Assembly: GCF_009914755.1 (NCBI RefSeq)
Contig: NC_060928.1
Length of the DNA: 64,000 bases
Direction: 5' to 3' (one strand)
DNA from: the human T2T-CHM13v2.0 reference genome, Homo sapiens
This document shows, piece after piece, positions 1 to 15,536 of the stretch. Both the position numbers and the translations under genes were made by a program. The notes beneath the pieces are model-generated. The model was not told the DNA's origin. It worked only from the letters and a program-made list of their open reading frames with translations, and did not search any database. How positions within the stretch are numbered: position 1 is the first letter of the stretch; every line of letters starts with the position of its first letter.

Positions 1-523
1 AAGCCATTCAACAAGTCTCTAGGAAGTGACAAACTTTCCTTTATCTTTATGTTTTCTTCTGAGCCCTCCAAACTGTTCCAATCTCTGCCCATTAGCCAGT
101 TCCAAAGTCACTTCCACATTTCAGATATCTTGATAGCAATTCCCCACTTTCCTGGTAATTTTCTGTATTAGTCCATTCTCACACTGCTATAATGAGCTAC
201 ATGAGACTGGGTAATTTATAAAGAAAAGAGGCTTAATTGATTCAGTTCCACAGGCTTAACAGGAAGCATGACTGAGAGGCATCAGGAAACTTATAATAAT
301 GGCAGAAGGGGAAGAAAGCACATCTTATCATGGCAAAGCAGGAGAGAGAAGGAGAAGGGGGAAGGCCACACACTTTTAAACCATCAGATCTCATTGAGAA
401 CTCACTCACTGTCATGAGAACAACAAGGAGGAAATTCACACACATGATCTAATCACCTCCCACCAGGCCCCTCCTCCAATTTGACATGAGATTTGGTCAG
501 GAACACAAATCCAAAGCATATCA
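1..523 (-). mobile_element. MaLR MSTA-type element: 5' LTR (164-523) plus start of internal region (1-163), continuing out of the window
   Basis: The reverse complement of 164-523 runs TGATATG...ACTAATACA with MaLR motifs (gagactgggtaatttataaagaaaagagg, ccatcagatctc). 1-163 resembles the THE1/MST internal sequence also seen at 4270-4450. Confidence 0.85.
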
Positions 524-529
524 CCTTCT

Positions 530-1990
530 CTCAATTATACATAGAACAAGTAAACAGGAATCAAGAAGACTTGAAAAACACTATCAAGCAACTTGTCCTA
601 ATTGACTTTATAGAAGATACCATACAACAACAACAGACTATAAATTATTTCCATGCGTGCACAGAATATTTACCATAATACAAACCATAAAATAAATATC
701 AATACACATAAAAGGATTCAAATCATAAAACGTGTTTTCTGATCACAGTGTGATGAAATTAGAAACGATATTAGAAACTAGAAAAAAGTAACAGAAATAT
801 CTCTGGAAAATTCCCAAGTATATGGAAAATAAATAGAAGTATATAAAGGAACTGAATAAAACTCTTCTAAATGACATAAAAAACACACTTTCATTCATGA
901 GTAAAAAAGAAAATTACATAGAAATTAGAATCTAGGATTGAAGCAAAATGAAAGCAAAACATTGAAATTCTCAGAGTGTACAAAATTGGTAAACTAGACT
1001 TCATCAAAAGTGACTTCTGATATTCACAAGGCACTATTACGTAAATAAAAGGCAAATCATAGCCTTGGAGAACATATTTGTATATCATATATCTCATAAA
1101 GATCTTGGATCCAGAATATATAAATAACTGCCAAATCTTAGTAATAAGAAAGCAACATAGTTTTTATTAAATGGTAAAATAGTTAACAGACACTTCTCCA
1201 AAGACATACAGATGGCAAATCGGCACACAGAAATCTGCTTGACATCAATAGTTAAGAGTGAAATGCAAATTAAAGCCACTCTCCTATCAGAGAGGCTAAA
1301 CTTAAAAACACTGACCACATCGAGTGTTTGTAAGCACGTAGAAAAACTGGAATCCTCACGCACTGTTAGTGGGAATGAAAAATAACGCAAATACTTTGGA
1401 AAACAGTTTAACAGAACCTTAAAATATTAAATATATACTTACCATCAATCGAGCTATTTCATTTCTAGATATCTGCACCCCTCAACCACAACAATATATG
1501 TTATACAAAGAATAGAAAACCAATGATTATAGCAGCTTTATTTATAATAGTTTCAAACTCAAAACAACCAAATGTCCATCAACATTTGGATAAATAAATA
1601 AATTGTGGGATATTCATAAATAAAATAATACCTTAGCAATAAAAACAAACTATTGATATCCTAAAAAATATGTATGCACCCAAAATAACTATTGAGTGAA
1701 AAAAATAAGATCTTTAAAAAATTTATCCTGGTTATAGAAAATTCTAGAAATAGCAAACTGAGTTTTAGGGACAGAAAGCAGGTTATTGATTACCTTTGGA
1801 CAGTGGGAGGGTCAGACAGGAATAATTACAGAGTAACATGTGAAAACTTTTAGAGATAATGGATGTTTGACTATCTTAATAGTGGTAATGTTTTGATGTG
1901 TAAATACATATGTCAATACTTAGCAAGCTGCCTACTATATAATTACAGTTTATTGTATGTCAATTACAACTCTTTAATGTTGTAAAAAGA
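530..1990 (+). mobile_element. Old L1 (L1MC/MD/ME-like) fragments: ORF2 piece and 3' end
   Basis: L1 3' motifs (aacagacacttctccaaagacatacagatggcaaat, caaatgtccatcaaca, tttattgtatgtcaatta), heavily diverged. Confidence 0.75.
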
Positions 1991-2259
1991 AGCCAATCAC
2001 CTGTACTTAAAATTTAAATGCAAGATCATTAATTTCTTCACTGTTACTAATGGCAAAAATAAAAAAAATAAAACTGAGTAACCATCAATAGGGAAATATT
2101 TAAGAAAATTGTGATTTATGTAACTTGTCATATAGTATGTAGACCCTAAGTCAATGAGCTCTTCTTAAATGAGAAAAATCAAGACACAGAGATTAAAGTG
2201 TGATTTATTTTTTAATTGGAAAATTAAAAAGTAGTCAAGATATATTAACACATACATAC

Positions 2260-2469
2260 TTTTAAAAATATTTTTTAGCTAGTGGGGAAGTCACTGGCTA
2301 ACCAAACATAAAAATAAATCAGAAGAATTAGCTGGAGAAATATTAAAGTGATTGTTGGCTATGACTCCTGGTGCTTTCAACACAAATAGGTGTACGAAAG
2401 TTAATCTATTCATATTTTATTTATTGCTACAACTGTACTTCTGATGTTTCCAAAACAGCTATATCTTTC
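2260..2469 (-). pseudogene. Fossil hAT/THAP12-like gene, C-terminal part of last module
   Basis: Translates ...YFSS*FF*FIFMFG*PVTSPLAKKYF (PVTS at 2286-2297), resembling the hAT dimerisation motif PVTSxxxERSFS. Co-linear with the block on the other side of THE1D. Confidence 0.5.
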
Positions 2470-4815
2470 TGTGTTAGTCTGTCTTCATACTGCCATAAAG
2501 AACTGTTTGAGAGTGGTAATTTATTAAAAAAGAGGTTTAATTGACTCACACTTCTGTGTGGCTGGGTTTGCCTCTGGAAACTTATAATAATGGTTGAACG
2601 CAAATGGGAAGAAAAGCACCTTCTTCACAAGGTGGCAGGAATGAGAAGTGCAAGCAGAAGAAATGCCAGATGCTTATAAAACCATCAGATCTCATGAAAA
2701 CTCATTCGCTATCATGAATAACAGCATAGAAGAAACTGCCTCCACGATCCAATTACCTCTACCTGTTTCCACCATTGACATGTGGGGGTTATGGCGATTA
2801 CAATTAAAGGTGAAATTTGGAAGGGGACACAGAGCCAAACCGTATTATTCTGTCCTTGGCCCCTCCCAAATCTCATGTCTTTTTACATTTCAAAACTAAT
2901 CATGCCTCCCCAACAGTTCCTCAAAGTCTTAACTCATTTTAACATTAACTCAAAAGGCCACAGTCCAAAGTCTCATCTGAGACAAGGGAAGTCCCTTCTG
3001 CCTATGAGCTTGTAAAATCCAAAGCAAGTCAGTTACTTCCTAGATACAATGGGGTACAGGCTTTGGATAAATAGTCCCATTCCAAATGAGATAAACTGGC
3101 TAAAACAAAGGGGCTACAAGCCTCATGCAAGTCCAAAATACAATAAAGCAGTCATTAAGTCTTAAAAGTTCCAAAATGACCTCATTTGACTACATGTCTC
3201 ACATCCAATCACACTGATGTAGGAGGTGGGATACCACAGCCTTGGGCAGCTCTGCCTCTGTGGCTTTGCAGGATACAGCGCCTCTCCTGGCTACTTTCAT
3301 GAGGTGTTGTTGAGCGTCTGTGACTTTTCTAGGTGTACGATGCAAGATGTTGGTGGATCTACCATTCTGGGGTCTGGACGTTGGTGGCCTTCTTCTCACA
3401 GCTCCACTAGTCAGCGCCCCAGTGGGGACTCTGCACTGCCCTAGCAGATGTTCTCCATGGAGAGCTCTGCCCCTGTAGTACTCTTCTGCCTGGACATCCA
3501 AGAGTTTCCATACATCCTCTGAAATCTAGGTGGAGGTTCTCAAACCTCAATTCTTGACATCTGTGCATCTGCAGGCCCAAAACCACATGTAAGACACCAT
3601 GGCTTGGGGCTTTCACCCTCTAAAGCAATGGCCTGAGCTGTATGTTGGCCACTATTAGACACAGCTGGGATGCAGGGCACCAAGTTCAGAGACTGCACAA
3701 AGCAGCAAGTCCCTGGGCCTTGCCCACAAAATTATTTTTTCTCTCCAATCCTTCAGGCCTGTGATTGGAGGGCTTGCAGTGAAGACATCCGACATTGACT
3801 GAGGCCATATTCTCCATTGTCTTGGTGACTAACATTTGTCTCCTTGTTACTTATGCAAATTTCTGCAGCAGGCTTGAATTTCTCCCCAGAAAATGAGATT
3901 TTTCTTTTCTATTGCATCATCAGGCTGCAAATTTTCTGAACTCTTATTCTCTGCTTCCCTTTTAAACATAAGTTCCAATTCCAAACCATATCTTTGTGAA
4001 TGCATACAACTGAATGGTTTTAAGAGCACCCGAGTCACTTCTTGAACACTTTGCTGCATATAAATTTCTTCCACCAGATATTCTAAATCATCTTTCTCAT
4101 GTTCAAAGCTCCACAGATCTCTAGGACAGAGGCAAAATGCCACCAGTCTCTTTGCTAAAGCATATATAGCAAATAGTCACCTTTATTCCAGTTCCCAACA
4201 AGTTCTTTATTTGTATCTGAGAGCATCTCAGCCTGAAATTTATTGTCCATATCAGTATCAGCATTTTCGTCAAAGCATTCAACAAGTCTCCAGGAATTTC
4301 CAAACTTTCCCACATCTTCATGTCTTCTTCTGAACCCTGCAAATGGTTCCAACCTCTGCCCATTAGCTAGTTCCAAAGTTGCTTCCATTTTCAGGTGCCT
4401 TTATAGTGATGTCTTTACAGCAGTGCCTCACTCTCCTGGTACCAATTTTCTATTTTAGTCCAGTTTCACACTGCTATAAAGAACTGCCCAAGACTGGGTA
4501 ATTTATAAGGAAAGAGATTTAATTAACCCACAGTTCCACATGGCTGGAGAGGACTCAGGGAACTTACAGTCATGGCGGAAGGCAAAGGGGAAGCAACTGC
4601 CGTCTTTGCAAGGCAGCAGGAGGCAAAATGCTAGGAGGGGAAATGCCATATGCTTATAAAAAAATCAGATCTTATGAGAACTCACTTACTATGAGAAAAG
4701 CATGAGGAAAACTTCCCCCATGATCCAGTTACCTCCACCTGGTCCTGCCCTTGACACATGGGGATTATAATTTGAGGTGAGATTTGAGTGAGGAACACAG
4801 AACCAAACAATAACA
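2470..4815 (-). mobile_element. Full-length THE1D (LTR 2470-2847, internal 2848-4450, LTR 4451-4815)
   Basis: Two homologous ~370-bp LTRs flank ~1.6 kb of THE1-type internal sequence. LTR motif gaaatgccagatgcttataaaaccatcagatctc. Degenerate 5-bp flanks ctttc/ttgtc. Confidence 0.9.
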
Positions 4816-5870
4816 TTGTCCTATATATAGAGTTTACTCAAAGTATATAACCACGTCTTTTAAATTTTTGGTCTTCACACTCCTATTAGGTCTCTTCTTG
4901 ATAGTCTCATCTCATTTATAATCTGTAGCATTTCTTGATTTATGGGAAAAGCTGCTGCCATGAGTAGCTTCTTGTCTTCGCTTCTTTTGAACTTCAGTGT
5001 TTTCCCCATCACCACATTCAACTTTTTTTCTCACACTCCTAAAACATGTCACATACACAGACTTTAGAACACATTCCATCCCTTCTGCCTAGTGATTTCA
5101 TTATTCTATAAATGGACACTTCTATGTTCTGAGTATTTGTTTTTAAGCAAGTAATTGTTCTATTCAAAATCAAATTATTGAGGACCCATGAAAGACAGAA
5201 AATGAAAACATTGCAATGTGATATTTAAACACAAACTTACCTGATGTTCATATTTCAAATAACACCTGTAAATTCACCAACAGAAAAAGTGTCTGATATT
5301 GTCCTTCACTGTTTTTTCACGTGTCATTTTATTTATTTATTTTTGTTATTATATATATATTTTTTATTATACTTTAAGTTCTAGGGTACATGTGCACAAC
5401 GTGCAGGTTTGTTACATATGCATACATGTGCCATGTTGGTGTGCTGCACCCATTAACTTGTCATTTACATTAGGTATATCTCCTAATGCTATCCCTCCTC
5501 ACTCCCCCCACCCCACAACAGGCCCCGGTGTGTGATGTTCCCCTTCCTGTGTCCAAGTGTTCTCATTGTTCAATTCCCACCTATGAGTGAGAACATGGGG
5601 TGTTTGGTTTTTTGTCCTTGTGATAGTTTGTTAAGAGTGATGGTTTCCAGCTTCACTCATGTCCCTACAAAGGACATGAACTCATCCTTTTTAATGGCTG
5701 CATAGTATTCCATGGTGTATATGTGCCACATTTTCTTAATCCAGTCTATCATTGTTGGACATTTGGTTTGGTTCCAAGTCTTTACTATTTATTGTGGCAC
5801 GTGTCATTTTAAGTAAAGAAAGATGATGTTCACAATAAAACAATGAGAACTATTTTAGCTTTGGCGACAA
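4816..5870 (-). pseudogene. Fossil hAT/THAP12-like gene block, interrupted by the L1PA insertion at 5332-5797
   Basis: After removing the L1 and one TSD copy, one frame reads HCFIVNIIFL..RTISDT..VI*NMNIR*..ISHCNVFIFCLSWVLNNLILNRTITCLKTNTQNIEVSIYRIMKSL..MF*EC..KKRRQ..NLKDVV, co-linear with recalled THAP12 (DGINSDTNIRWNN..VSDFDFIV..VLHSL..WFEEA..ELKDIF). Confidence 0.6.
5332..5797 (-). mobile_element. 5'-truncated L1PA (L1PA4/5-like) 3' end
   Basis: ttattatactttaagttctagggtacatgtgcacaacgtgcagg... 3' UTR. Perfect 14-bp TSD cacgtgtcatttta at 5318-5331 and 5798-5811. Confidence 0.93.
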
Positions 5871-6164
5871 AATGTATACTTCAAATTATATTTTGTTAAT
5901 TTTAAACTTCTGGCACAATTTACCTTTTTTCCAATGATAGATTTGACTAGTTAATATCAATAATAAAATGCAAATTTAGAACCTTCCTGAGTCATTGAAT
6001 CAAAGGGATTAATTACCATACTCCAAAATATACTAGGTTATCCAAGGAATTAAAACACCTCTAGGGGAAAAAAAAACCCAAAAATAAATGGAAGCTCAGA
6101 GGAAGATATATAGACTCTTAAGTCTTTCAATTAGTAATCTTTCTATGAAAATTTTAATTATATG

Positions 6165-6252
6165 TTATTAGGGAGTCAAAAGTTACACACAAAGTTTTGA
6201 GTGTATAGGGAAGTCAGTGCCCTGAAACCCCAAGTTATTCAAGGGTCAACTG
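6165..6252 (+). mobile_element. Tigger2-family terminal fragment
   Basis: gggagtcaaaagtta...gttattcaagggtcaactg matches the Tigger2 end and TIR. Confidence 0.7.
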
Positions 6253-6274
6253 ATATATACTGTACATTCAACTG

Positions 6275-6283
<9 letters not shown>

Positions 6284-6312
<29 letters not shown>
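6284..6312. repeat. (CA)n microsatellite
   Basis: Direct observation. Confidence 0.95.
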
Positions 6313-6315
<3 letters not shown>

Positions 6316-6400
6316 GAATATACTCTACATATTTTTTCTCTTTCTTGTACTTCCCCACCATTTAACTCTCCCATCAAACCCTTCTTCCCCTTTTCCTTAC

Positions 6401-6534
6401 CTGATATCCATTCTATAACTTCTCAACTACCATGGAACTTTCAGTATACTTCGAAACATCTCCAGACATTGAGAAAAGTTATTTTAAAGCATTATCCAAA
6501 CAAGATTGTTATAAATTTGCTTTGTCCTCTGTTT
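6401..6534 (-). pseudogene. Fossil exon of hAT/THAP12-like gene
   Basis: tttctag| acceptor and cag|gtaagg donor. Phase-1 join with the 7502 donor gives ETEDKANL*QSCLDNALK*LFSMSGD (cf. recalled THAP12 ELDNVISVLFQNSKE). Confidence 0.6.
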
Positions 6535-6827
6535 CTAGAAATATCACATTAATATTGATTGACAGAAATTTAGGGGCCAGTGAAGAGCCCTGTGGAGTCC
6601 TCTTAAATTCCTCACTGTATGTCACTAACAAATCAGCTTATATAAGATCAGACATGAACCAGGCAAACGTGTCAAAAATATTGACAAATTTTTTTTTAAA
6701 TGTAATCATGTCACAAAATTGTGCTTATACCACATCACTTTTTTTAAAAGAAACAATAAAGGATTATGTGGTCGCACAAAATAATTGATATGCAACTTAT
6801 CCTTATCCAAATTAATTCCAAATATAA

Positions 6828-7175
<348 letters not shown>

Positions 7176-7501
7176 TGAAAAAAATAATGAGACAGAATTT
7201 TAAAATCTCACTTATATTTGTACTTCTGAAAACAAAGGGTCTGAAGTGTTACTGTGTAATTTTCTAATTACATTTTGTTTTCCCTAATTGATACAATTCA
7301 TTGCTCACATTAGTTTTTAAGAGATTGCAAACAAAAGTCATTATTATTCACCAATAATCAATTATAACTGTTCTAATCACATTCAGTTTTCCTTTATTTT
7401 AAAGAAAGTTATAGAAGTTAAATTTTACATGCTGTTTTAATTCTGGAAAATTTCACACAATTTTGTCAGACAAACAATTTCACAAAATGTTGCTTGTATA
7501 C

Positions 7502-7936
7502 CTGCCTCATGGAGAAATGCCAGCATCCTTTGCAAATCTGAGAGGAGATTTGCAAATAATTCTGATAACTTTCTCAATATCAAGAGTTGTTAGTCAGCTG
7601 CAAAAGTGTTCTTCAGTGTACCCTACAATGATAAATGGCAAAGTGATGGTGCATACAATGGCAGGATGATCAGTAGCCTGAAGAAGCGTAGGAATGCAGT
7701 AGGTCATCATTTCCATTTTTATTAGAATTCTTTTTTTCCCCAGAGCATCATTCCTTTCAGCACTAGCCAAGTTGCTTTTGCACTCTAAGTCCTTGAGCAG
7801 ATATAATTTCCATGTCACACAGTGCTCCTTTTGTGAACTTTTACAAAATTTAATCCAGTAGTATTTTTAAAGTGCTTTCACACTTATTTTTCCCAAAATG
7901 ATCATATACTGTGACCAGAATATAAAAATATTTTTT
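7502..7936 (-). pseudogene. Fossil exon of hAT/THAP12-like gene
   Basis: ttttaaag| ... gcag|gtatac. Reads KKYFYILV...GALCDMEIISAQG, then after a frameshift K**PTAF...ILRKLSELFANLLSDLQRMLAFLHEA (cf. FFSIITD, GLNMEYCRGQA, KYPQAI). Confidence 0.55.
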
Positions 7937-8489
7937 CTTTAAAATGTATAAAGTATTATAAGTCACACTCAAATTGGTTGAAACAATTATGTACCTTGTA
8001 CAATACATTGAATGTCAGCTCATGATTCCTCTTCTACCCTATTTGGTTTTTAAAAATTATTTACTTATGTATGGTTTGTTCATTCATTTGTTTGTTCATT
8101 CATTCATTGGATGTAAAGCATCTAAAATGAAGTAATTATTTTGAAAATGAGAAATTAATACCTGATATGTAATGAATAGAAATTAAGCAAATGACCATTT
8201 TTTCCCATTTATTACATTCTTTTCTCCTAAAAGCAGTCTCACGTTAGCTCTGATCTTGCCATGAACAACTGAACTCAAATGAAAAGATCTGTTTTGTAAG
8301 TTATAGTTTTCACCTCTTCCGTGTTAAATTAAGATGTCATTTCACTGGAGTGCTTCTATAATTCCCACACTGGTCCTAAAATGTATAAGTTATGAACATT
8401 TTTTTAGACTAGGGACCATTTTTCTAGCATTGACCTACTGCACTTAATCTTGGGGTGAATGCAGTTTTGTTTTGCTTAATTATCTTAGC

Positions 8490-8790
8490 ATGACTGAAAA
8501 TAAGCAGAGTCATTGGAACTGGATTTAATATTAACTCCATGATTTGTAGATAAATGTAATTTTGTAATTTTTTTACTTTGTATTTTTTCTTCTACAAAAT
8601 GTGCATTTATAATATCTAAATGTTGAAAGAATTAAATATAATATCTGAATGTTGAAAGAATTAAATAAGTTTATGTATGTAAAGTGCCAACATATTTTGA
8701 ATTCCAAGGGAATCCATTGAATAGTTATTTGCACAGCCACTCAAAGTGCCTCATCTATAAAACTAACTAAAATTGCCTCTCAGGAGTGAG
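8490..8790 (+). mobile_element. MIR fragment(s) containing a 29-bp tandem duplication (8608-8665)
   Basis: MIR core-like ...ctacaaaatg...attaaataag...atgtaaagtgc. tataatatct(a/g)aatgttgaaagaattaaa occurs twice. Confidence 0.55.
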
Positions 8791-9509
8791 AACTGAATAT
8801 GATTGTGTATGTATAGATGACATATAGACTAAAAATTGCTAGGTGGGTATTGATAATTGTTATTCTAAGAAATATCAGCATGGTCTGAATAATAAAATTG
8901 TCAACTTCATTTTAACTTTTATGTATAGAAATTTTATGCATAACCAAATGGGAAAATTGCCTATATTTGATAGCTTTTTATGTGAATTAGAAAACTAACG
9001 TCAATAATACTATAACTATACCATTTGTTGGGTATTGTCAGTTAATCTAATTTCTAGGCTTATAAATATTAGACACTAATACCATTAGATTAAAATTATT
9101 TTTAAATAACATTCGACTGTTTGGGGGTTACTGCTTTCAGTATATAAATGAATTGTTCTCTTGATGCTTAAAATTCAAATTTTCATATCCTTTTCCATAT
9201 TAAATTAGTTTATAATAATATATTTAGCAGAAACCTTTTGACAGTTGTTTCTTTATTAACATACACTCTCTTAATACCTTCATCAATCCAAGGAATTATA
9301 TTACCCTCCAAGTTGATAACACAGGATAGGCAACACCATTCCTTGCTAAAATAATGTTCTTAGAGTGCCTAGTAAGGCACATTCTTATGAGTAAGCTCAA
9401 TAAATAGCAAAATATTTTTGGCAATTATGTGCTTAAATTGTCTCAGCAGCATTTGTGTTGTACTTGCCTTGGATTGCTTTTTACTTTATATTGACTAGTA
9501 TCATAGTCT

Positions 9510-11490
9510 ATTCATAAAGACTAAATGGAAATAATTAGAAGTGCCTCTACTCAGGAATATAGTAAATAAAAAAAATACAGCATTCCTTGAAGGATTGCAG
9601 AGATTAGTGTCACCATTAAAAACTTCCAAGATGTAAACGGGGTGATTCTCGCTACATCCCCAATCTACTCTCCTATTTGGCCTGTAGAGAGAAAGACAGT
9701 AAATTACCATAAGTTTAACTAAGTGGTGACTCCACTTGTAGCTGCTCTACCAGATCTGTTTTCATTGCTTGAGCAAATTAGCGCATCCTCTGATAGCTGG
9801 TATGCAGCTATTGATCTGGCAAATGCCTTTTTCTTCATACTTGTTTATAAGGCTTCATACTTGTTTACAAGCAATTTGCTTTTAGCCATTAAGGTCAGAA
9901 ATAGACCTTCACTGTCCTACTTCAGTGGTTATATCAACTCTTCAACTCTGTCATAATTTGGTTTGCAGAGATTACCTTTCTCTTCCACAAGACAGTACAA
10001 TGGTCCATTACACTGATAACATTATACTGCTAGAGTCTACTGAGCAAGAAGTGGCAAACACTCTAGACTTATTTGTAAGACATTTGCATATCAGAGGGTG
10101 GGAAATAAAGCCAATTAAAATTCAGAGACCTTCAACCTCAGTGACATTTCTAGGGCTCCAGAGACGTGGGGCATGACAAGATATGCCTTTTCGGGTGAAG
10201 GATAAGTTGTTGCATCCCACTCCTCCTACAACCAACAAAGAAGCACAGTGCCTGGTAAGCTTATATGGCTTGTGGAGGCAACATATTTTTCATTTGGGTG
10301 TGTTACTCTAGCCTATTTTTCACATGACCCCAAAAGTTGCCAGTTTTGAGTGGGGCCCAGAGTAAGAGAAGGCTCTGTAACATGTCAAGGCTTCTGTGCA
10401 AACTGCTCTGCCACCTAGGGCATATGATTCAAAAGATCCAATGTTTCTTAAAGTTCAGTGGCAGATAAGCATGCTGTAAGAAGCCTTCGGCAGGCCCCTG
10501 TAAGTAAATCACTGCTGAGGACTTTAGAATTTTGGAGCAAGTTTCTCATGCCGTCATCTGTAAATAAGACTCTCCTTTTGAGAGTTAGCTCTTGGTCTGC
10601 TACTGGACCTTAGTAGAAACTGAATACATAGACACCAAGTCAATGTGTGATCTGAGCTGCCTATCAAAATTTAGTGTTATCTGACCCACAAAACCATACA
10701 TGTTGGGGACATATGCATAAATACGCCATTATCAAGTAGAAGTGATATATATATATGATCAGGCTAGAGCAAGCCCTGAAGGCACAAGTTAGTTACATGA
10801 ACAAAGGGCCCAAATATTCATGGTTTCCACTCTTGCTGCATTGCCTTCTCTCCCAGTCTGAACCTATGGCCTTAACAAGGATTATCCTACAATCAGTTGA
10901 CAGATGAAGAGAATAATGGGGCTTGGTTTACAAATGGTTCTGTAGGATATGCAGACACCACCTGAAAGTGAACAGCTGCAGCACTACATCAATTTTGTGG
11001 GACAGGCCCTAAAGGATCATGGTGAAGAGAAATCCTCCTGGTGGGCATAAGTTCAACAGGTGTACCTGTTGTGCACTTTGCTTGGAAGGAGAAATGGCCA
11101 GATGTGTGATTATATATTATTCATAGGCTGTAACCCATGGTTTGGCTGGATAACTAGAGTTTAGGAAGGAATACAATCAGAAAATTCATGCCAAAGTAAT
11201 ATGGGAACAAATAAGCAAATTAGAACTCTCTGAATGGGCAAAAATGGGAAGACAATTTTGTCCTATGTGAATGCCCACCAAAAGGTGACCTCAACAGAGG
11301 AATATTTTAATAATCAAGTGGATAGAATTACCCATTTAGTCAATACCGGTCATCCTCTTTCCCCAGCCACTTCTTTTATTGCCCAATGAGATCATGAACA
11401 CAGTGGTTATAGTGGCAGAAATGGAGGTTTTTATGGACTAAGCGACATGGACTTTCAGTCACAAAGGCTGATCTAGCTATGGACAAAACT
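9510..11490 (+). mobile_element. ERVL (HERV-L-like) internal pol fragment, RT-RNaseH, degenerate
   Basis: ORF track gives VTPLVAALPDLFSLLEQI...WYAAIDLANAFF and VHYTDNI (YIDD position), typical of ERV-L RT. Confidence 0.9.
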
Positions 11491-11619
11491 GGAGATTTGG
11501 AAAAAAATTATTAAGACATGAAGTTTGTGTTTTTACATTATACTATATTTATCAAATATATGTGTAAATACATCATGGTATATGGTATATTATAAATATA
11601 TCTTATATTACTTATAATA

Positions 11620-11947
11620 TTACTTATAATAAGATATATTTGAAATAATTGACTATTGTGGGGGTTGGCAAGTGTTAAATCAGTGGGACAAGCTGGCAGG
11701 TGGTAAACTCTCTAATAGAGGCTGCTGCAGTCTTAGGGTAGAATTTCTTCTTCCTTAGGGAAGCCTCAGTTTTGCTCTTGAGGCCTTTCCACTGATTGAA
11801 TAAGGCTTGCTTACATTATCTATATAATCTTTAATTGGAGTCAATTGATCGTAGATATAACCACATCTATGAAGTACCCCCACAACAATACCTAGATTAG
11901 TATTTAAGATGCTATATCTAAATTGACACATAAAACTAGTCATCACA
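11620..11947 (-). mobile_element. MLT2-type (ERVL) LTR
   Basis: Reverse strand starts TGTGATG..TTTTATGTGTCAA and contains gagcaaaactgagg.ttccc..ggaagaagaaattct.cc..aagactgcagc. Confidence 0.8.
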
Positions 11948-12049
11948 AATACTGAATAAATGAGTTACTAAATATAATTTTTGTGCATTTTATATTTAAA
12001 TATATGCATTAGAATTTTAACAAAATATTTTAAACCATCCTAAAATTAT

Positions 12050-14330
<2,281 letters not shown>

Positions 14331-14340
14331 GAGTTTAGCA

Positions 14341-15110
14341 TGGTTTGTAAAGTTTATGATAAAAATTGTCTGTGTGGTGAATTCAAAAATTTCAGTATTA
14401 CATTTCATTATGCAGTCTGAAATCATTCGTCTGGTATTCAGAGATAAATAGATTTAAAGAATCCATGAGTTATCTTTATTGGGATCAGTGCTTTTTAAAT
14501 CTTGGCTAAACAATTTTTTTCCTACAGAAAATGGAAATTTCTACTTAGATGTTCTCCTTTTAGAAAAAAATATTTTAAATGGTTCAGTTAAGCTTTTAAG
14601 TTTCATACTGTGACCATAAACAAAAATTTAAAATGTCAAACTGTCTCTATTCTTATTTGCCCATTTTTTTTTTTTTGCTGCTCTACTTATCTGTATTTAC
14701 TTTGTATCAGCATTAGTAGTACTCAGGTTCTATCAAGTAAGAATCAATTGAATAATTGTAATCAATATACTATAAATACATCCTAAATGTAATAAAGCAC
14801 AATTTAGAAAAAAAATTCTTATGAATGGGTTTCATTGAAAGTAGGTCATTTTTTCTTTGCTGGATAGTACATTTTTCTAGTATTTATAAAGCTTGCTCTG
14901 CTGGCAGTTAATTCATGGCCCCAAAATACAGAATATAAATTACTGTTCTTGTTGCATGGAGCAGAGAAACATCTGCTGGTTATTAACATAACATTTGAAT
15001 CTGACAGAATTCAGTTCTGGTTTGTAAAGTTTATTACAAAAATTGTGTGTGGTTAATTCAGAAGCTTTAGTGTTACTTTTTATTGTGGTGCTTAAAATTA
15101 TTCTTCTGAA
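14341..15110 (-). pseudogene. Fossil hAT/THAP12-like gene block (N-terminal DUF4371-like part)
   Basis: Fragments HFKFLFMV, RNFHFL*EK (cf. DNFQALLE) and QTA**NVILKFLNS (cf. KTQQRQMLEICES). Contains an internal ~93-bp diverged repeat. Confidence 0.4.
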
Positions 15111-15144
15111 AGTTGTGTATTTTTTTCTTTTAAAATTTTAAAAA

Positions 15145-15409
15145 TTTTTCTTTTTTTCTTTTCTTTTGAGACAAGTTTTCACTCTGTCACCGAGACTGGA
15201 GTATAGTTGTGTGATCAAGGCTCACTATAGTGTCAACCTCCATGGCTCAGGCACTTCTCCCACCTCAGCCTTCCTATTAGCTGAGGACACAAGAGTCTCC
15301 CTATGTTGCCCAAGCTGGTCTCAGAGTCTCAGACTTCTGGGCTCAACCAATCCCCCTGCTTCTGCCTCTCAAAGTGCTGGGATTATAAGTGTGACCCACC
15401 ATGCCCAGC
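15145..15409 (-). mobile_element. AluJ-type element with internal deletion
   Basis: Diverged Alu (gtctccctatgttgcccaagctgg, ctgggctcaa). The central A-rich linker region is missing. Confidence 0.8.
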
Positions 15410-15536
15410 AAAAAGTTTCTTTTTTGAATAATTTTTTAGAATTAAAATAGGTTATTAAAACCACAAACTTCTCATCTATGAGGCCTATTTGGTTTTTAAT
15501 TTATTTTAGTTATTATTTATATATTTATATCATTAT

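Noticed and set aside
5241-5265. Apparent 25-nt micro-exon (tttacag|...cag|gtaagt on the minus strand)
   Set aside because: Module-like translation continues on both sides, so it is more likely internal to a larger fossil exon. Cryptic use cannot be excluded.
6267-6318. Inverted ttcaactg/cagttgaa flanking the (CA)n
   Set aside because: Too short; explicable by slippage next to the Tigger2 TIR.
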